This document shows, piece by piece, positions 28,933-43,663 of a stretch of DNA of 64,000 nt (the stretch's first letter is position 1; each line of letters starts with the position of its first letter). Below the pieces are notes generated by a model that was not told the origin of the DNA, searched no databases, and saw nothing but the letters and a program-made list of their open reading frames with translations. Where the stretch lies: the NCBI GenBank assembly GCA_965153355.1, contig OZ231126.1:45322001-45386000 (forward strand), in the 5' to 3' direction. This DNA is from Flaccisagitta enflata. Taxonomy: Eukaryota. Made by a program: the position numbers and the translations under genes.

Positions 28933-30303
28933 GACCTAATCCCGGCCTCAACGACCTAATCCCGGCCTCAACGACCTAATCCCGGCCTCAACAACCTAAT
29001 CCTGGCCACAACCACCTAATCCCGGCCACAACCACCTAATCCCGGCCTCAACAACCTAATCCCGGCCTCAACAACATAATCCTGGCCTCAACAACCTAAT
29101 CCTGGCCTCAACAACCTAATCCCGGCCTCAACAACCTTATCCCAGCCTAAACAACCTAATCCCGGCCTCATCAACCTAATCCCGGCCTCAACGACCAGGT
29201 CCCATCCTGAACGACCTAATCCCGGCCTCAACAACCTAATCCCGGCCTCAATGACCTAATCCCGGCCTCAACAACCTAATCCCGGCCTCAGCAACCTAAT
29301 CCCAGCCTCAGCAACCTAATCCCAGCCTCAACGACCTAATCCCGGCCTCAATCACCTAATCCCAGCCTCAACGACCTCATCCCAGCCTCAACAACCTAAT
29401 CCCGACCTCAACGATCTCATCCCAGCCTCAACGACCTCTACCCAGCCTCAACGACCTCATCCCGGCCTCAACGACTTAATCCCAGCCTCAACAACCTTAT
29501 CTTGGTCTCAACGACCTAATCCTGGCCTCAACAACCTTATCTCGGTCTCAACGACGTAATCCCGGCCTCAACAACCTTATCTCGGTCTCAACAACCTAAT
29601 CTCAGCCTCAATGACCTCATCCCAGCCTCAACGACCTCATCCCGGCCTCAACGACTTAATCCCGGCCTCAACAACCTTATCCCGGCCTCAACGACTTAAT
29701 CCCGGCCTCAACGACCTCATCCCGGTCTCAACGACTTAATCCCGGCCTTAACAACCTTATCTCGGTCTCAACAACCTAATCCCGGCCTCAACAACCTTAT
29801 CTCGGTCTCAACAACCTCATCCCGGCCTCAACAACCTTATCTCGGCCTCAACGACGTAATCCCGGCCTCAACAACCTTATCTCGGTCTCAACGACCTAAT
29901 CCCAGCCTCAATGACCTCATCCCAGCCTCAAAAGCTCAACGACCTCATCCCGGCCTCAACGACTTAATCCCGGCCTTAACAACCTTATCCCGGCCTCAAC
30001 GACTTAATCCCGGCCTCAACGACCTCATCCCGGCCTCAACGACTTAATCCCGGCCTCAACAACCTTATCTCGGTCTCAACGACGTAATCCTGGCCTCAAT
30101 GACCTTATCTCGGTCTCAACAACCTCATCCCGGCCTCAACAACCTTATCTCGGCCTCAACGACGTAATCCCGGCCTCAACAACCTTATCTCGGTCTCAAC
30201 GACCTAATCCCGGCCTCAACGACCTCATCCGTGCCTCAATGACCTCATCCCAGCCTCAATGACCTCATCCTGGCCCCAACGACTTAATCCCGGCCTCAAC
30301 AAC
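28933..30303. repeat. 20-bp satellite (GACCTAATCCCGGCCTCAAC), roughly 68 units
   Basis: Clear 20-bp periodicity with variant units. Confidence 0.95.
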
Positions 30304-30741
30304 TAGGGCTTGAACAAGATGGCATGAGGGTTGGAACAGTTATGATTTTGCTCTGAAATCAAACTCAACTGCGTGTAAGATATTGCCTGTACGGCTAAAC
30401 GCCACCTCCTACTACCCTGGGAGTGGCACCAATGCATAGATCTTGTAGTTCTGCTTTGGATTCCAACGGAAAATTTATAGCGCGAAATAATTACAATAGG
30501 TAGTATCTAATTTATTGATGACATATTGGCAAACGATCGCATCCTCGCGCTGAAAAAACACAAGTCTTTTTTTCAATACGGCCCCTCCTTTGAGTTTTGA
30601 TTAAGTTATCCTCATTACGGGCCATTATTGTTAGTAGGTTGTTTTCTGTGCAGCTTAAGATCAATCTGGCCCCAAAATATTTTATGCTCGATCCGGTCCA
30701 GTACTGATAATTGATACACGTGAATCATCATCCCAGGCACT

Positions 30742-30957
30742 GCACACAACGTAATCCTCCCTATTACTTCTGTACTGTTAACGGGTCAGGGATCTTTGAA
30801 GAAAGGGTCAAGGATCTTCTTGATAATTATTGATTTATCTCAGTCAGTTCTTTTATTCTTTTAGATCTTTTCAGATCTTTTCGGATCCAGATCCAGAGCT
30901 ACTTTTAGTTCATCAATCTGATACAATGTATGACACTCAGTATTTAACAGATATTGT

Positions 30958-31037
<80 letters not shown>

Positions 31038-31049
31038 CAGAAAAAAAAA

Positions 31050-31097
<48 letters not shown>

Positions 31098-31787
31098 ATA
31101 TAGGCTAAAAAGCGCCATGTCAAAGCTTCAAAAAATTTTTGCCACAAAAATTTTTTCGCTTTAAAATTTTTTTGCTTCAAAATTTTTTTGCTTCAAAATT
31201 TTTTTTACCTTCAAAATTTTTCTTCCCTTTAAACTTTTTTGCTTAAAATATTTTTTCACTTCAAAAAATTTTTTCGCTTTAAAATTTTTTTTTTCATTTT
31301 GAAAATTTTTTTCCTTTGAAATTTTTTCCGCTTCAAAATTTTTTTTGCTTTTAAATTTTTTCGCTCAAAAATTTTTTCGCTCAAATTTTTTGCTCAATTT
31401 TTTTTGTTTCAAAAATTTTTTGTGCTTAATTTTTTTTGCTCGATGATTGTTTTTGCTTCAGAAATTTTTTCACTTTAAAATTTTTTTTGCTTCAAATTTT
31501 TTTTTTTTTTTAAGGTTTTTTTTACTTTAAATTCTTTCTCTCTCTCTCTTTCTCTCTCTCTCTTTCTCTCTCTTACATAGTATCTCTGAGTGTCATACAT
31601 TGAATCAGATTTTTCTAAAGAAAATTGAGCTTACTTTGATGCACTAGAGGGAGCTCTGGATCCAGATCTGAAAAGATCCCCAGAGATCCAAAAAGATAAG
31701 TGAACAGACTTGGATCAATTGATAATTATCAAGAAGATCCCTACCCGTTACCAGTACAGAAGTAATAGGGAGGATTGCGTTGTGCGC
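30742..31787. mobile_element. Foldback/MITE-like element with ~250-280 bp imperfect inverted arms and an AT-rich repetitive core
   Basis: GCACACAACGTAATCCTCCCTATTACTTCTGTACTG at the left end matches CAGTACAGAAGTAATAGGGAGGATTGCGTTGTGCGC at the right. The arms include mirrored (AG)n/(CT)n tracts. No TSD identified. Confidence 0.75.
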
Positions 31788-32249
31788 TGATGAAACATCT
31801 CTCTCTACTCTTTCTCTCTCTCGGCTCTTCGTCTCTCGCTCTCTCGCCTTCTCGCTCTCTCGCTCTTCTCTCTCTCTCTCTCTCTTTTCTCCCTTCTCTC
31901 CCTTCTCTACTTGGCGAAGGATTCATTTATTTACGCGCACGGCTAAGGTTCACGGCTTGCATTCATTAAGCAGCTTCTTCGCGCGCGGTTTCTTAGCGCT
32001 CATTAAGCAGTTCTTCCACTTAGCAGAGTAAATCAAAAGTCAGTTGGTAGTTGAGTTAGGATTGAAAGCCGTTTTAAAATTGTTTCCTATCGAAGCTGGA
32101 TTTAAACATAGAAAAGATATCATAACTTCTAAACTATTGAAGATATTGACTTGAAATTTGATTTACGCACTCGCGTGACCATCGCGGACATTCAGGCAAA
32201 AATTCGAGGTTGTGACTGAAGAGGAACAGGGTTCATTTTTCGCTATCTA

Positions 32250-32510
32250 CAACAACCTTATCTCGGTTTCAACGACCTAATCCCAGCCTCAACAACCTTA
32301 TCTCGGTCTCAACGACGTAATCCTGGCCTCAACGACCTTATCTCGGTCTCAACAACCTCATCCCAGCCTCAACGACCTCATCCCGGCCTCAACGACTTAA
32401 TCCCGGCCTCAACAACCTTATCTTGGTCTCAACGACGTAATCCCGGCCTCAACAACCTAATTCCGGCCTCGACGACCTTATTCCGGCCATGACGACCTAA
32501 TTCCTACCTC
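32250..32510. repeat. Second block of the same 20-bp satellite
   Basis: Same unit and orientation as 28933-30303. Confidence 0.9.
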
Positions 32511-33536
32511 GTTAAGAGCAATGATCGAACAATGATGAATGATTTGTGGAGATATGATTCATAAAATCAATCTTCTAACATTTGACATCCATTTAAAAGA
32601 AACAGAATTTTTATGATAATTTGAAAAAAAAGAAATTTACTTAAAACAGGCAATTATCAAATTTCATTTGATTTTTTTCCCTATGTTGTTGCATTTGTGG
32701 TTGTTGCTGCGTTTTTTTTTCACTTTTTCTCCATGGTTGTTCTTCTCCTCTATTATCATTGTTCTTCATTGTTCTCAGTCTTTTAAATTTTTGTTCTTCT
32801 CCATTATGGTTGTTGTTTATCTCCTTCATGTTCATTATTCTTCTCCATCATTTCATCGTCATTGATCTTCTATTTTGTGTCTTTCTTTCATTAGCATTGT
32901 TTTTTTTTTCCTTTCATCGTCGTCGTTTGTCTCCTTCATTGTTGTCGTTCTTCACCGTTGGTCATTCTTCTTCATCGTCGTTCTTCTTCAGCATCGCCGT
33001 TCTTCTCCTTTATCGTCTTTTCCTTCTTTGGCAGTCTTTGTCGGTATCCTTCTTTGTCGCCGTGTATACGGGTCACATGACCTCTGGAATGTATCAACAA
33101 TAAAAATACCAGTATCATGCACAATTCTGATATCAAATGACTCACTGATTGTGCAGTATCAAACTACTACTTCAGGATCTTTTTTTCCAAACGCTGGGAG
33201 ACAAAAGTGGGTGGACAGGGCCATTGATAAAAAGGGCTTACAAAACATTTAGGCGGCAGTGATGCGAAATACGCCCGTGAAGGCAACAAAAATAGTGACA
33301 CAGACCAACTGACCAACCGATGGACAGAGCGGGTCATAGAGTAAGCGACAAAAAAAGGGTCATAAGGAATGACAAGAATCAACAAGGCCGGATACACGGC
33401 AATCCGGTCGCGGACGGATGGGCAGGAGCAGTAATGCAAAAACCGCTTAGAATTCAAAACTATTACGGACGGACTGACCTACCGACCGACTTGGCAAGGT
33501 GTAGAGTCGCGAGTCCGCGAATAAAACTAGAAATAC

Positions 33537-34377
33537 AATAGTCGCAAAAGCGTTAGATGGTCAGCGGTACCCATTGCCCCCATGTGAGTTTATGTGGATG
33601 TCTGGTGGTAAGAGGGGCAGCGGCCCCGAAGGGGCCGATGACCTATGCTTAGCAAGTTTGGAGCTTCAAGGCTGGGATTTGAGCCTTAAGGCTGGGATTT
33701 GAGTCTTAAGACTGGGATTTGAGCCTTGAGGTTGGGATTTGAGCCTTGAGGCTGGGATTGAAGCCTTTAGGCTGGGATTGAGCTTTAGGCTGGGATTGAG
33801 CCTCGAGGCTGGGATTGGATTTTGAGGCGGATTGCCCGAGGCTGGGGTTTGAGCCTGAGGTTGGAATTTGAGCCTTGAGGCTGAGATTTGAGGCTTGGAG
33901 GCTGGGGTTTGAGCTTGCAGGCTGGGATCTGAGCATCCAAGCTGGGATTTGAGCATCCAGAATGGGATTGAGCCCTGGCTAGGATTTGAGCCTGATGCTG
34001 GGACGGAGCCTCAAGGCTGGGATTTGAGCTTCGAGGCTGGTATTTGAGCCTCAAGGCTGGGATTTGAGCCTCGAGGCTGGGATTTGGGCCTCAAGGCTGG
34101 GATTTGAGCATCAAGGCTGAGATTTGAGCATCAAGGCTGGGATTTGAGCCTCAAGGCTGGAATTTGAGCTTCCAGGCTGGGATCTAGGCCTCAAGGCTGA
34201 GATTTGAGCATCAAGGCTGGAATTTGAGCCTCAAGGCTGAGATTTGAGCTTCGAGGCTGGGATTTAGGCCTCATAAGGGGGTGGACGGACGGAGGAGAAG
34301 AAGGAGGAGAAGGAGGAGAAATTTCTCCTGTGTGAAAGCATAGGTCATCGGCCCCTTCGGAGCCGCTGCCCAAAAAG
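33537..34377 (-). mobile_element. HINE-like family A variant, complete
   Basis: About 35-bp subterminal inverted repeats (33615-33649 and 34338-34371) around a 20-bp minisatellite, with an asymmetric terminal stem-loop segment. Confidence 0.65.
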
Positions 34378-35103
34378 CATCGGCTATTACCCCCTCATAC
34401 ACCATTAATGCAATGCATTGTTCGATATTTCGACTGTGCTTTAATTCCGTTGAACTTGGTTGCCCTGAATAAAGATATTTACCTCTATATTCTTGTTGAA
34501 CCTTTGTCACATTGACGGACGCGACAGCACGAACGTTACATCCATTAGACTAATGTCGGAAATGTTCTTCGTTTGTTCAGAGAGTTTTATTGTACAAACA
34601 TTTAGATACGCACGTCATTTCAAAAACTAAAATGAAACTATAAATTTCACGACTTTCATGATTCTGTCATTTTCGCAGTACGAAGTGAAACTAGCATTCG
34701 GCTTTTAAGGCAACTACCGCTAAAGAGGCGATCATTTTTATTCCATTACGTCATATGGAAAGGGTGGGGTGCAGGGTACGGCAGAGTGCCTGAGCACGCG
34801 AGTATTGCTCGTAGGCAGCAAGGTATTTCTGTAGGCAGGAAAGAAAAATATATGAAGAATTTTTTTATGGAAATATGAAAAAAAAAAAAGATTGTTTAAT
34901 CTGAACATCAAATTTTTGTTTTTCTTAGTTTCCAATTAGTTGGATTTGAGAGAGATTTCAGATAAATTTGCAATTCTGTACCTAGAATGTATCAAAAATG
35001 TTTGAAAATTTTTCAATTCTATTGTAGGCAGGAAGCCACTGAAGAATCCTGCTTGTAGGCAGCCACAAATTTTGGGTGGACAGGGGCATACAACACCCCA
35101 CAC

Positions 35104-35228
<125 letters not shown>

Positions 35229-36037
35229 TAAGTGATTTCTATTCAAGCAATAAAAAAATATGGCAAAATCCATGACCATTTGAAAGCCCTGTGATCGGAA
35301 CGATATTCCAAATGGGACTTTTTTCTAGGATTGTTCGTTTGGAGATGGCGTTAGGATGAGGACAAGTGGTCAAGAAATCCACTAAAAAAATTCATTACGT
35401 AGCATAGAATTTGAAAATCTTGAATTACAAGTTGGTTGAAGCTCACTCATTTCCTGTTCTTTAATCCTTTGCCATTTCCAAACAACCAATGCATTTACGT
35501 CAATGATTTCTTTCAATGATCACTTTTCAGACGCCCGTGGAATATCTATATTTTCGAAAGCAGAAATCAAAAAAGCTCGTTGTTCGTTTTATTATTGGTA
35601 ATGGCTGATTTAGGCATTGCGTGGTTAACCTGCTTATCGACAGCGGACGCGAGAGAGTAAGTAGTTATGCGATCTTTATTTTCAACAAAATCGTTATGCC
35701 CAATGCCCGTTTACTGACCATCGTCCCCGTTCACGGGCCCTGTCTCGTCTGAAATACAAATTTCTTAGTTCGAATTTGTGGTTCATCCTAGCTCTTCAAA
35801 AGAGGACAAGAGCAGCCTTCTTGTACCTAATTCATCAAGATTTCAGGCATTCTTTTTTGTAAGAAGAAGAGGGCTTTTTTCGACGTTTTTAGTTGCGGAC
35901 ACGCAACTCTATAAGAGGCTTTGTCCGTCCGTTGGTCCGTCGGTCCGTTGGTCCGTTGGTCCGTCGGTTCGTCCGTAAGCACGAGTCAAAAAGTGGGAAA
36001 ACGTGCATATCCGCCCCTGCCCACCCGACTGCAACTG

Positions 36038-36102
<65 letters not shown>

Positions 36103-36224
36103 CCATGCTAAGCCTTCTCAAGCTAGCAAGCGTCAAATGATGAACTTAGGTAAGAGACAAATATGAAAAATGATCCACTTAAGAAGAGACGAGGCCGAAG
36201 CGTAACACCAAAACGGGGAAGGAA

Positions 36225-36437
36225 CGTGATGGGAAGGGGGTGAGGGTGATGATGGGAAGGGGGTGAGGGTGGTGATAGGAAGGGGGTGCTGGTGGTGATG
36301 GGAAGGGGTTGAGGGTGGTGATGGGAAGGGGGTGAGGATGGTGATAGGAAGGGGGTGAGGGTGGTGATAGGAAGGGGGTGAGGGTGGTGATGTGAAGGGG
36401 GTGAGGGTGGTGATGTGAAGGGGGTGATGGTGGGGAT
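36225..36437. repeat. G-rich ~23-bp minisatellite (GGAAGGGGGTGAGGGTGGTGATA)
   Basis: About 9 tandem units. Confidence 0.85.
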
Positions 36438-37143
36438 GAAACAACCCTGCAAGAGTAACTTGAAGTATTTGGAGGTCTTGGGAAGTGAATGCTATACGAG
36501 CGGAAACAGAAAGGCTAACAGAGTACGGGGGGGGGGGGCGGTTGGTGACGAAGATACAGTGGGAAACCAGAGTCCACCTCCGCCTCTACCTTGACGGTGG
36601 TACCTTGAGACGCTGGCAAAGAAAACGACTTGGAATAAAATTTTAGAACGATGGAGCATGAGGCCTTCATGATGAGGGGATGAAGGCAGAAAGCGTTTAT
36701 GGGCGCCAGCAATTAGCAAGCAAATTTAAGAAAATACTCTATTGTATGGGTTGAACCGGGAGTTTGAGCTGGAACTGGACAAAGGCAGGATAAAGGGCGA
36801 ATGTGTTAATCTAAGGAGATAGAGAGACTGGGCAACCTGATGATGGGCGCATGGGCAGATAGTATCCACCGATTAGGTTGAAGAAAATGCAGTAGAATAG
36901 CACGAGCTTCAAAGGCGTAATGGGATAACCTAAAATATACTGTAGCCTGTACAAACATGCATCATGCTGTACTATTGCGATAGTTGGCGCTGAAAGCTTC
37001 GAAAATTCTATACGTGCGCGAATAAGCGTCTAAAAATAGTCTATCGCAGAAAGTAAGACGAAGAAAGAGCAAAAAATCACAAACAAAAAAAAGGCATTAC
37101 TTTCCTTTGAGGGACCTAAGTATCCAGCTGAAGGTGAGCCGCC

Positions 37144-37284
<141 letters not shown>

Positions 37285-37490
37285 AAAAAAAAGCCCAGCA
37301 CTTGGCTTCACTTGGAGAGCCGTAAATCAGAAATTGGAAAGGTGAACCTGAAAATAGACAGAGAACCTTATTTACGGGACGAGTCTGGAACCCTTTCCTG
37401 AGAACCTCATGCATCAAACCAAACGTCAACTTAGAAGCCAAGGTAAGAAACCAACCTACCGTAACTATCGTAAAAGGTTGTGCGAAAGAC

Positions 37491-37530
<40 letters not shown>

Positions 37531-37850
37531 GGCTGTTGCTGCTACAAGGTTGCTTGTTGTTCTTGCTGTCGTGCTGCTGCTGCTGTTGCCGTTGCTGTTG
37601 TTGTTGTTGCTGTTGTTGTTGCTGTTGCTGTTGTTGTTGTTGTGTTGTACTATTGTTATTGTTGTTTTGTTGTTGCTGTTGTTGTTGTTGCTGTCTATTT
37701 CGCAGTCATTGATGTTTGTTGTTATTGTTGAGCTATTGCTGTTGTTGTTGTTCTGTTGTTGCTGTTGTTGCTGTCGCTGTTCGCTGTTGCTGTTGTTGCT
37801 GTTGTTGCTGTTGCTGCTGAAGTTGTTGCTGTTGTTGTTGTGTTGTAATT

Positions 37851-37904
<54 letters not shown>

Positions 37905-39349
37905 GATGCCTTCCCCGTATCTCGTATCTTGTTATTGTCGTTGTTTTTGTTTTTGTTGTTGCTGCTGTTGCTGTTGCTGTTGTTACTGTGCGCGTCTTTG
38001 ATTTCATAGAATCTTTGAATTCAGCATGATGATGCAAGGTCAATTTGCGGTCGTGAGTTCTGTGTTTTGTCTACTGTTTTGTGTACTGTTTTGTGTACGG
38101 ATCTGTGTACTGCTTTTCCTTCGTAATATTCGTTTTTGTTTTGTTTTTTTTTTTTCTTTTTCCTTTTTCTTTTTTCTTTGTTTTTTTTTCTTTTCTTATT
38201 TTGCTTCACCTTATTTTCTCTCATTCCTCTTTCATTTCTGTTGTTGTCGACGTTTCACAAGCCGGGTGGATAGGCCGATGAGTTATGAGTGTTTCCAAGT
38301 CCCTCGAGTCTTGTGAAGGTAAACTTGGGCCACTGATGTCAGGAGAACGTAAAGAGAGTAAAGAGACCTCTGAGCTTTCGCGGTTTCGCCATTTCTCAGT
38401 TTCTCGCCCTTACACAAAACGCGCAGTTTTCTTATACCTTTACTTTCTCCCCTTCTTGTCTACGATGGTCTCTATTTTATGAAATATCGTCATAATCTAA
38501 GATAGTTTCGATAACTTTACAACCTATCTAAGGATAGGCATAGGGCAGGGACAGTTAGTTCCAGTAATGAACACGTGAAACCTATTGCTTTGTATGGAAG
38601 TTGTACCGTTGAGGTTGAGGTTCAATAGATGAATTAGACATGATGAGATCAACACCTGATGAAGAGCAAAGAACTGTTCAAAAATTTTCGGTAAGTAGAT
38701 TTTCATGTGTTGATTTCATCCTGTCTAAGTGTCTAATCCATCTATCAAACCCATTGCTTGTTCAATAATAAATGGAAGGAACGCAAACGCGCGGCTCAAA
38801 GATTCAAGGGCTCGCTACGATAAATGTTAATGCTTTACTTTGTATACATCGTTAGCGTTAACCATGGAAGCGCTGTAAACTAGAATGTGCATTAATACAT
38901 ACAAGCATAAAAACAAACAAACTGTAGAAGTCTAGATGCTTTATGTATAACCAATTATGATATGGTTGTTCTTTGTTTCAGAAATGAAAAAAAAAATAGA
39001 GAAATAGACAAGTTGCTCGTAAATACAGAAAAAAAAACCTATTCTCGAAAGTTGGTGGAAATGAAAATGAGTTGGCAAAACAAATAGGAGCATTTAACGG
39101 CTGCCTTGCCTCAGCCGTGGGCACAATGGCCCCATTTCTGAATAAACGATCCCTGTCCAAACATTGCCAACGCCGCAATACGACCGCTGAGGTAATGAAA
39201 TTTGTCATTCCTCACTCGCTTTTTCGCGCTCCTTCGCCTTATACCGATTCTAGCTTTTTAGTCGCGGAAACGCGACTCTATATAAGTGGCTTTTCGGTTG
39301 GTCGGTCGATCAGTCTCAGCGTCGCTTTTCAGGGATTTCTGCTGTAAGT

Positions 39350-39578
39350 GTAAGCATGTATGAGCGTGTATAAGCATGTAAGCATGGATAAGCATGTAAG
39401 CATGTAAGCATGGATAAGCATGTAAGCATGTAAGCATGTAAGCATGTAAGCATGTAAGCATGTAAGCATTTAAGCATGGATAAGCATGTAAGCATGTAAG
39501 CATGTAAGCATGTAAGCATGGATAAGCATGTAAGCATGTAAGCATGGGTAAGCATGTAAGCATGTAAGCATGTATAAG
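39350..39578. repeat. (TAAGCATG)n / TAAGCATGGA tandem repeat
   Basis: Mixed 8- and 10-bp units downstream of the GT2 stop codon. Confidence 0.9.
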
Positions 39579-39808
39579 TAAAAGTAAAAAAATGGACGAT
39601 GGTAAAAGCAATATCTATTTGGAGTCGCATCTGCAATATTAAGAATTGCTTTAACGTGTCCCATCAACTAATCAATCATGACCACTTAGCACCAATGCAA
39701 TACTCGCATTTTTGAATTCATATCGCACCAAGCATCTACATATATTTATCACATTTAGGATAGGTGGGCATCATTCCTCACAGTTTCATCATGATTATCT
39801 AATGTCTA

Positions 39809-40505
39809 TTACACCAAATCGACCTTTTTACTCGGCCTATGACTACAGACTTTCTTGCCCCTGATTGCCAGCTCGTTGAGGGCGACAAACTCGACCAAAC
39901 TGTAAGCGGCGATGACGAGTGGAGAAAGAACAAAATGATAGCAATTTCGTAACAAAGAAATCTTTTCTTCGGGCCGTGGCTCCAACAATTTCGGCGCTCG
40001 CCAGTCCAACAGAAACATCAACAAAGAGTTGAGATAAACGGCAGCCAAGTTGATCAGAAGAAGATAGAAACTGATATTAGGACTGATTGGTGACAACGAC
40101 GAAGAGGACGAAGAGGACGAAGGTGATGACAAATACGATGATGAAGAAAATGGCAAAGTCGAAGATGGCAATGTCGACGTTGCTAATGACGCTGGCGATG
40201 GTGACGTTGACAGATTTGATGACGTTACTTGATAGTTATCGTAGTAAATGGCGTAGGAGATGGCGCAGGTCACTCCATACAAATGAGAGCAACACAACAA
40301 AACGCCGTAATAGAAGACAAAAGCGGCGCCCCAGGCGACGGCGGCGCGCATCGGGATTCGACCGGCTTTGATGACGAAATAGTGGAAGACTTCTGCGGCG
40401 CCGATCGTCCAACGGCGAGCCTGAATCGCCCACTCGGATAATTCCTCCTCCTCCACACGACCAGAGGTCGGGCCACTCAAAGTAGGTGTCGGCACAAGCA
40501 CCAAC
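39809..40505 (-). CDS. GT2 gene exon 5 (QARRW motif and C-terminal transmembrane segments, stop)
   Basis: AAG| acceptor (phase 2), QARRW at 40409-40423, three hydrophobic segments. The five exons sum to 2337 nt (778 aa plus stop). Confidence 0.88.
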
Positions 40506-42187
40506 CTTGAAGGATGAGATATATTGTATGTAAAAACTATAAAAGCAAGAATGTCATGTGCAGCATGTGCAGCATGTATTTTGCACTCTGGCTAATAATC
40601 GATGTAGTTTCACTGTTCTGTCTTCAGTCATGGCCTGGGACATTGAGAAATTATGACCGCCAACCCCCCCCCCCCCTAGAAGGAAGCCTTTCAATTTTGG
40701 GCGATTCACTTGGTTTCCTTTATAACATATATACGGATTGATAAAAAAACATGCGAGTGGTCTCATAGAGAAGATATTCACTTGGAGAACATGAATCAAT
40801 ATTGAAATGAAGGATGGGACCCTCGTGGGGCTCCCAAAGGATACCTAAGGGGCCCAGAAAAGAGCCAAAATGATCCAATATCGAGATAGTCAGTATTTTT
40901 CAAATTTTGTATCAGTCCCACTGCTGAAATACTGATCTACGGCAGAGAGCGTATCAAAAGTGGTTGAACTGATTGTCGACCCTGACGGGTTCACAGCAGA
41001 ACCCCTAGGGATCTCAAAATACCATAAGCATAAATCTCCAAATAGACTAAAAACACCAAAATAGTCCAAATTGAGATAAATACAAAATTTCGTTGTTCTA
41101 CTCTCTCCTAAAGAAAAACAGTGACAGAGACGGACGGACTGACAGACAGAAATATAAGCAGAAAGACAGACAGAGAGATAGACTGACAGACAGAGAGCCA
41201 GACAAACAGACAGAGAGACAGACAAATAGACAAATGGGCAGGCTGACAAGAAGACGGGTAAACTGACAGACAGACTGACAGACACCTTTCACAAGTTTTC
41301 CAATCAATCCACTTAGAATTTATTAAGGAAACAAGGCGAATTGTTCAAAATTGTGAGGCCACCTGCTTCTAAGTGGGGGGGGGGGAAGAGGGGGGCTGGC
41401 GGTCACGATTTACCGACTCCCCGTCCCCAGTCGATTTTTGGAGACGGAATAGTGACACTTCATCGATATTTTGAGCCAGAGTTCAAAATACATGAGCTAT
41501 TTTCCGACTCAAAACCCCTGGTCTACTAGCTTACTATCTAGGCAGAAAAAATCTTCCGACCTGTTTCAAAAATATATTCATTGACGTTAAAATGAATACA
41601 AATCAGTTACAAATCCATCAATTATTAGTGTAAGTTCCCTTTGACTAAATCAGGGCCGCCATTTGTTGGGGAAGCGATTTGTAGAGCTTCTCGAGGTTCT
41701 TTGGAGCAAGGGCTTACCAGATCTTTCTCGCAATTCTTTTGTTTTACCTCTTCTTTTGCTACATTTAGACTTATACTACGCGAATTTAAAAAAAAGACGC
41801 ACCTTTTTATTTGATGATGAAACTGACTTAAAAATTATTAAGAAAATTTATTAGAGAAAAGGATTTTGAAGATTTTCGAATTATCTTTCATTCTAGACCA
41901 ATCCCAGATCTGTATCATTAACGGTTTAGGAGCTAGAGCTCTCTAAAGTGAGACACTATTTTGGTGAATTGTATCTTTTTCAAAGGAACTGCAAAAACAA
42001 ATTTGGCAACATTTTTACTCAAACTAATGCCATTTCTAAACGAAAAAAGATAGAGATATCAGATTGACGCCAAATGAAAGAGTTTTTCAAGGGCTTTAAA
42101 ATGGTCTGTGATTTTAATTAATTTTTTTGATTGTCAATGGTGCAATCAACCTTTCAAAAGTGCGTCTTTTTAAAAATTTGTATAGTA

Positions 42188-42956
42188 CAGTATGATTGTT
42201 TTCGTTTGTAACATTTCATGACAACATGATTCCAAAAGTGATTCAAATAATTGAATTCTAAAAAAAGTTTCTAAAAGACTATGAAAATGCATTTTATAAC
42301 ATAACAATCAAAGGATCTAATCAGAAACATTTGATTCTCTCATAAAAAAATGAACAACAAGACCAACTTGACAAATTGTCATATTGAAAAATTTGGGAAA
42401 ATTTAACAAATCGACTGTTTACCTTAAAATTGTTTTCATTTCTAGACGGTTTGAGCTACAGATGCCAGATTGGTCTCAAATGAAAGATAATTCGAAGGTT
42501 TCCTGAAAAGTAAGCACTGATTTGATGTTTTAAATACAATATAATAACTATAGGCAGGTACTTTTGTTAAATTTTCAAAAATGATCCTATTTTTTTTATG
42601 TTTTATATGATATGTGTTTCCAAATCGGTTTCTTTCTTTTTATTTTCTAAAACTACTTTAAATTATCTTTCATTTGAGACCAACCTGGTATCTGTAGGTC
42701 AAATCGTTTAGAAATAAGAGCAAGCCAAAGAAAAACAGTTTATCTCAAAACATGAAAAACAGTTCATCTTGGTCAAATATGCCTTACAACTAAAAGTAAG
42801 AAATCTGGATCAAATTTTTGCTGAAAAGGCTTGGAAGTTTGATATCATAAAATGTATTTTCAATATCTTTCACTATCTTTTTCCAGAAAATGATAATCTC
42901 CATAACTTTCAAAATTATGTTGTCATGTGATGTTACAAACGAAAACAATCATACTG
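42188..42956. mobile_element. Tc1/mariner-type MITE in the last GT2 intron
   Basis: TA|CAGTATGATTGTTTTCGTTTGTAACA...TGTTACAAACGAAAACAATCATACTG|TA (~40-bp TIR), plus an inner inverted pair at ~42448-42492 / 42661-42707. Confidence 0.8.
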
Positions 42957-43461
42957 TAGCTTCCAAAAAACTCATCAAATCATATGAAAATTGGTGACTT
43001 AATTGAAGCCCTTCGATTTTGCAAGCAGGCACCGCAAACCGCATCTGTCTAGCTCATTGCATTTAGAAAAAACTAAAAAAAGAGTAAAATGCTATCTTCA
43101 GAAGATTGTGTAGAAAAAGCAAAAGCAAAATTGAAGTATTTCAATCAATGTTGAATACCTTTTTAACGCATAGAGCTAGAGGGTTGTGGTTTGCATAGAT
43201 CTCTTGCAAATTTAAAGGGCTTCAATTGTCTCACCGTATTCTTTAAAAATTGGTTTATTCTAACCTGAGATATGCATGTAAACGTGCCGGAACATTTTTT
43301 CCGCCTAGATCGTATGTCCGCTAACAACATCAATTATGGGGGATAATTTGTCAGTATCTCGATTCAGCTCAATTAGATCAGCTCAGCATAATCTTGATCA
43401 GCAGCTAAAGGAAAAAGGTAACCTCAAGTGTAACTGTACATTTTTTGTCACTGTATCTCAC

Positions 43462-43663
43462 CTCAAGCGGCGCCCAGCGACTCCCATCCAGCGGATAAGG
43501 GCGATGATGTCATCCATTTGATATCCGGGATGTACAAAATCCCCGGCGATGGCAAGACGAGATGAAAATGAAAACACACTCATTCCGTTGATGTTGAAAG
43601 GAATGAGGGCGCCCATCATGAGCGCGCCGCGCACGATCCCCGTCACGCGCGTCACCACGTTTG
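43462..43663 (-). CDS. GT2 gene exon 4 (…HPGYQMDDII…)
   Basis: CAG| acceptor (phase 1) and AG|GTGAGA donor (phase 2). Frame is continuous with both neighbours. Confidence 0.88.
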
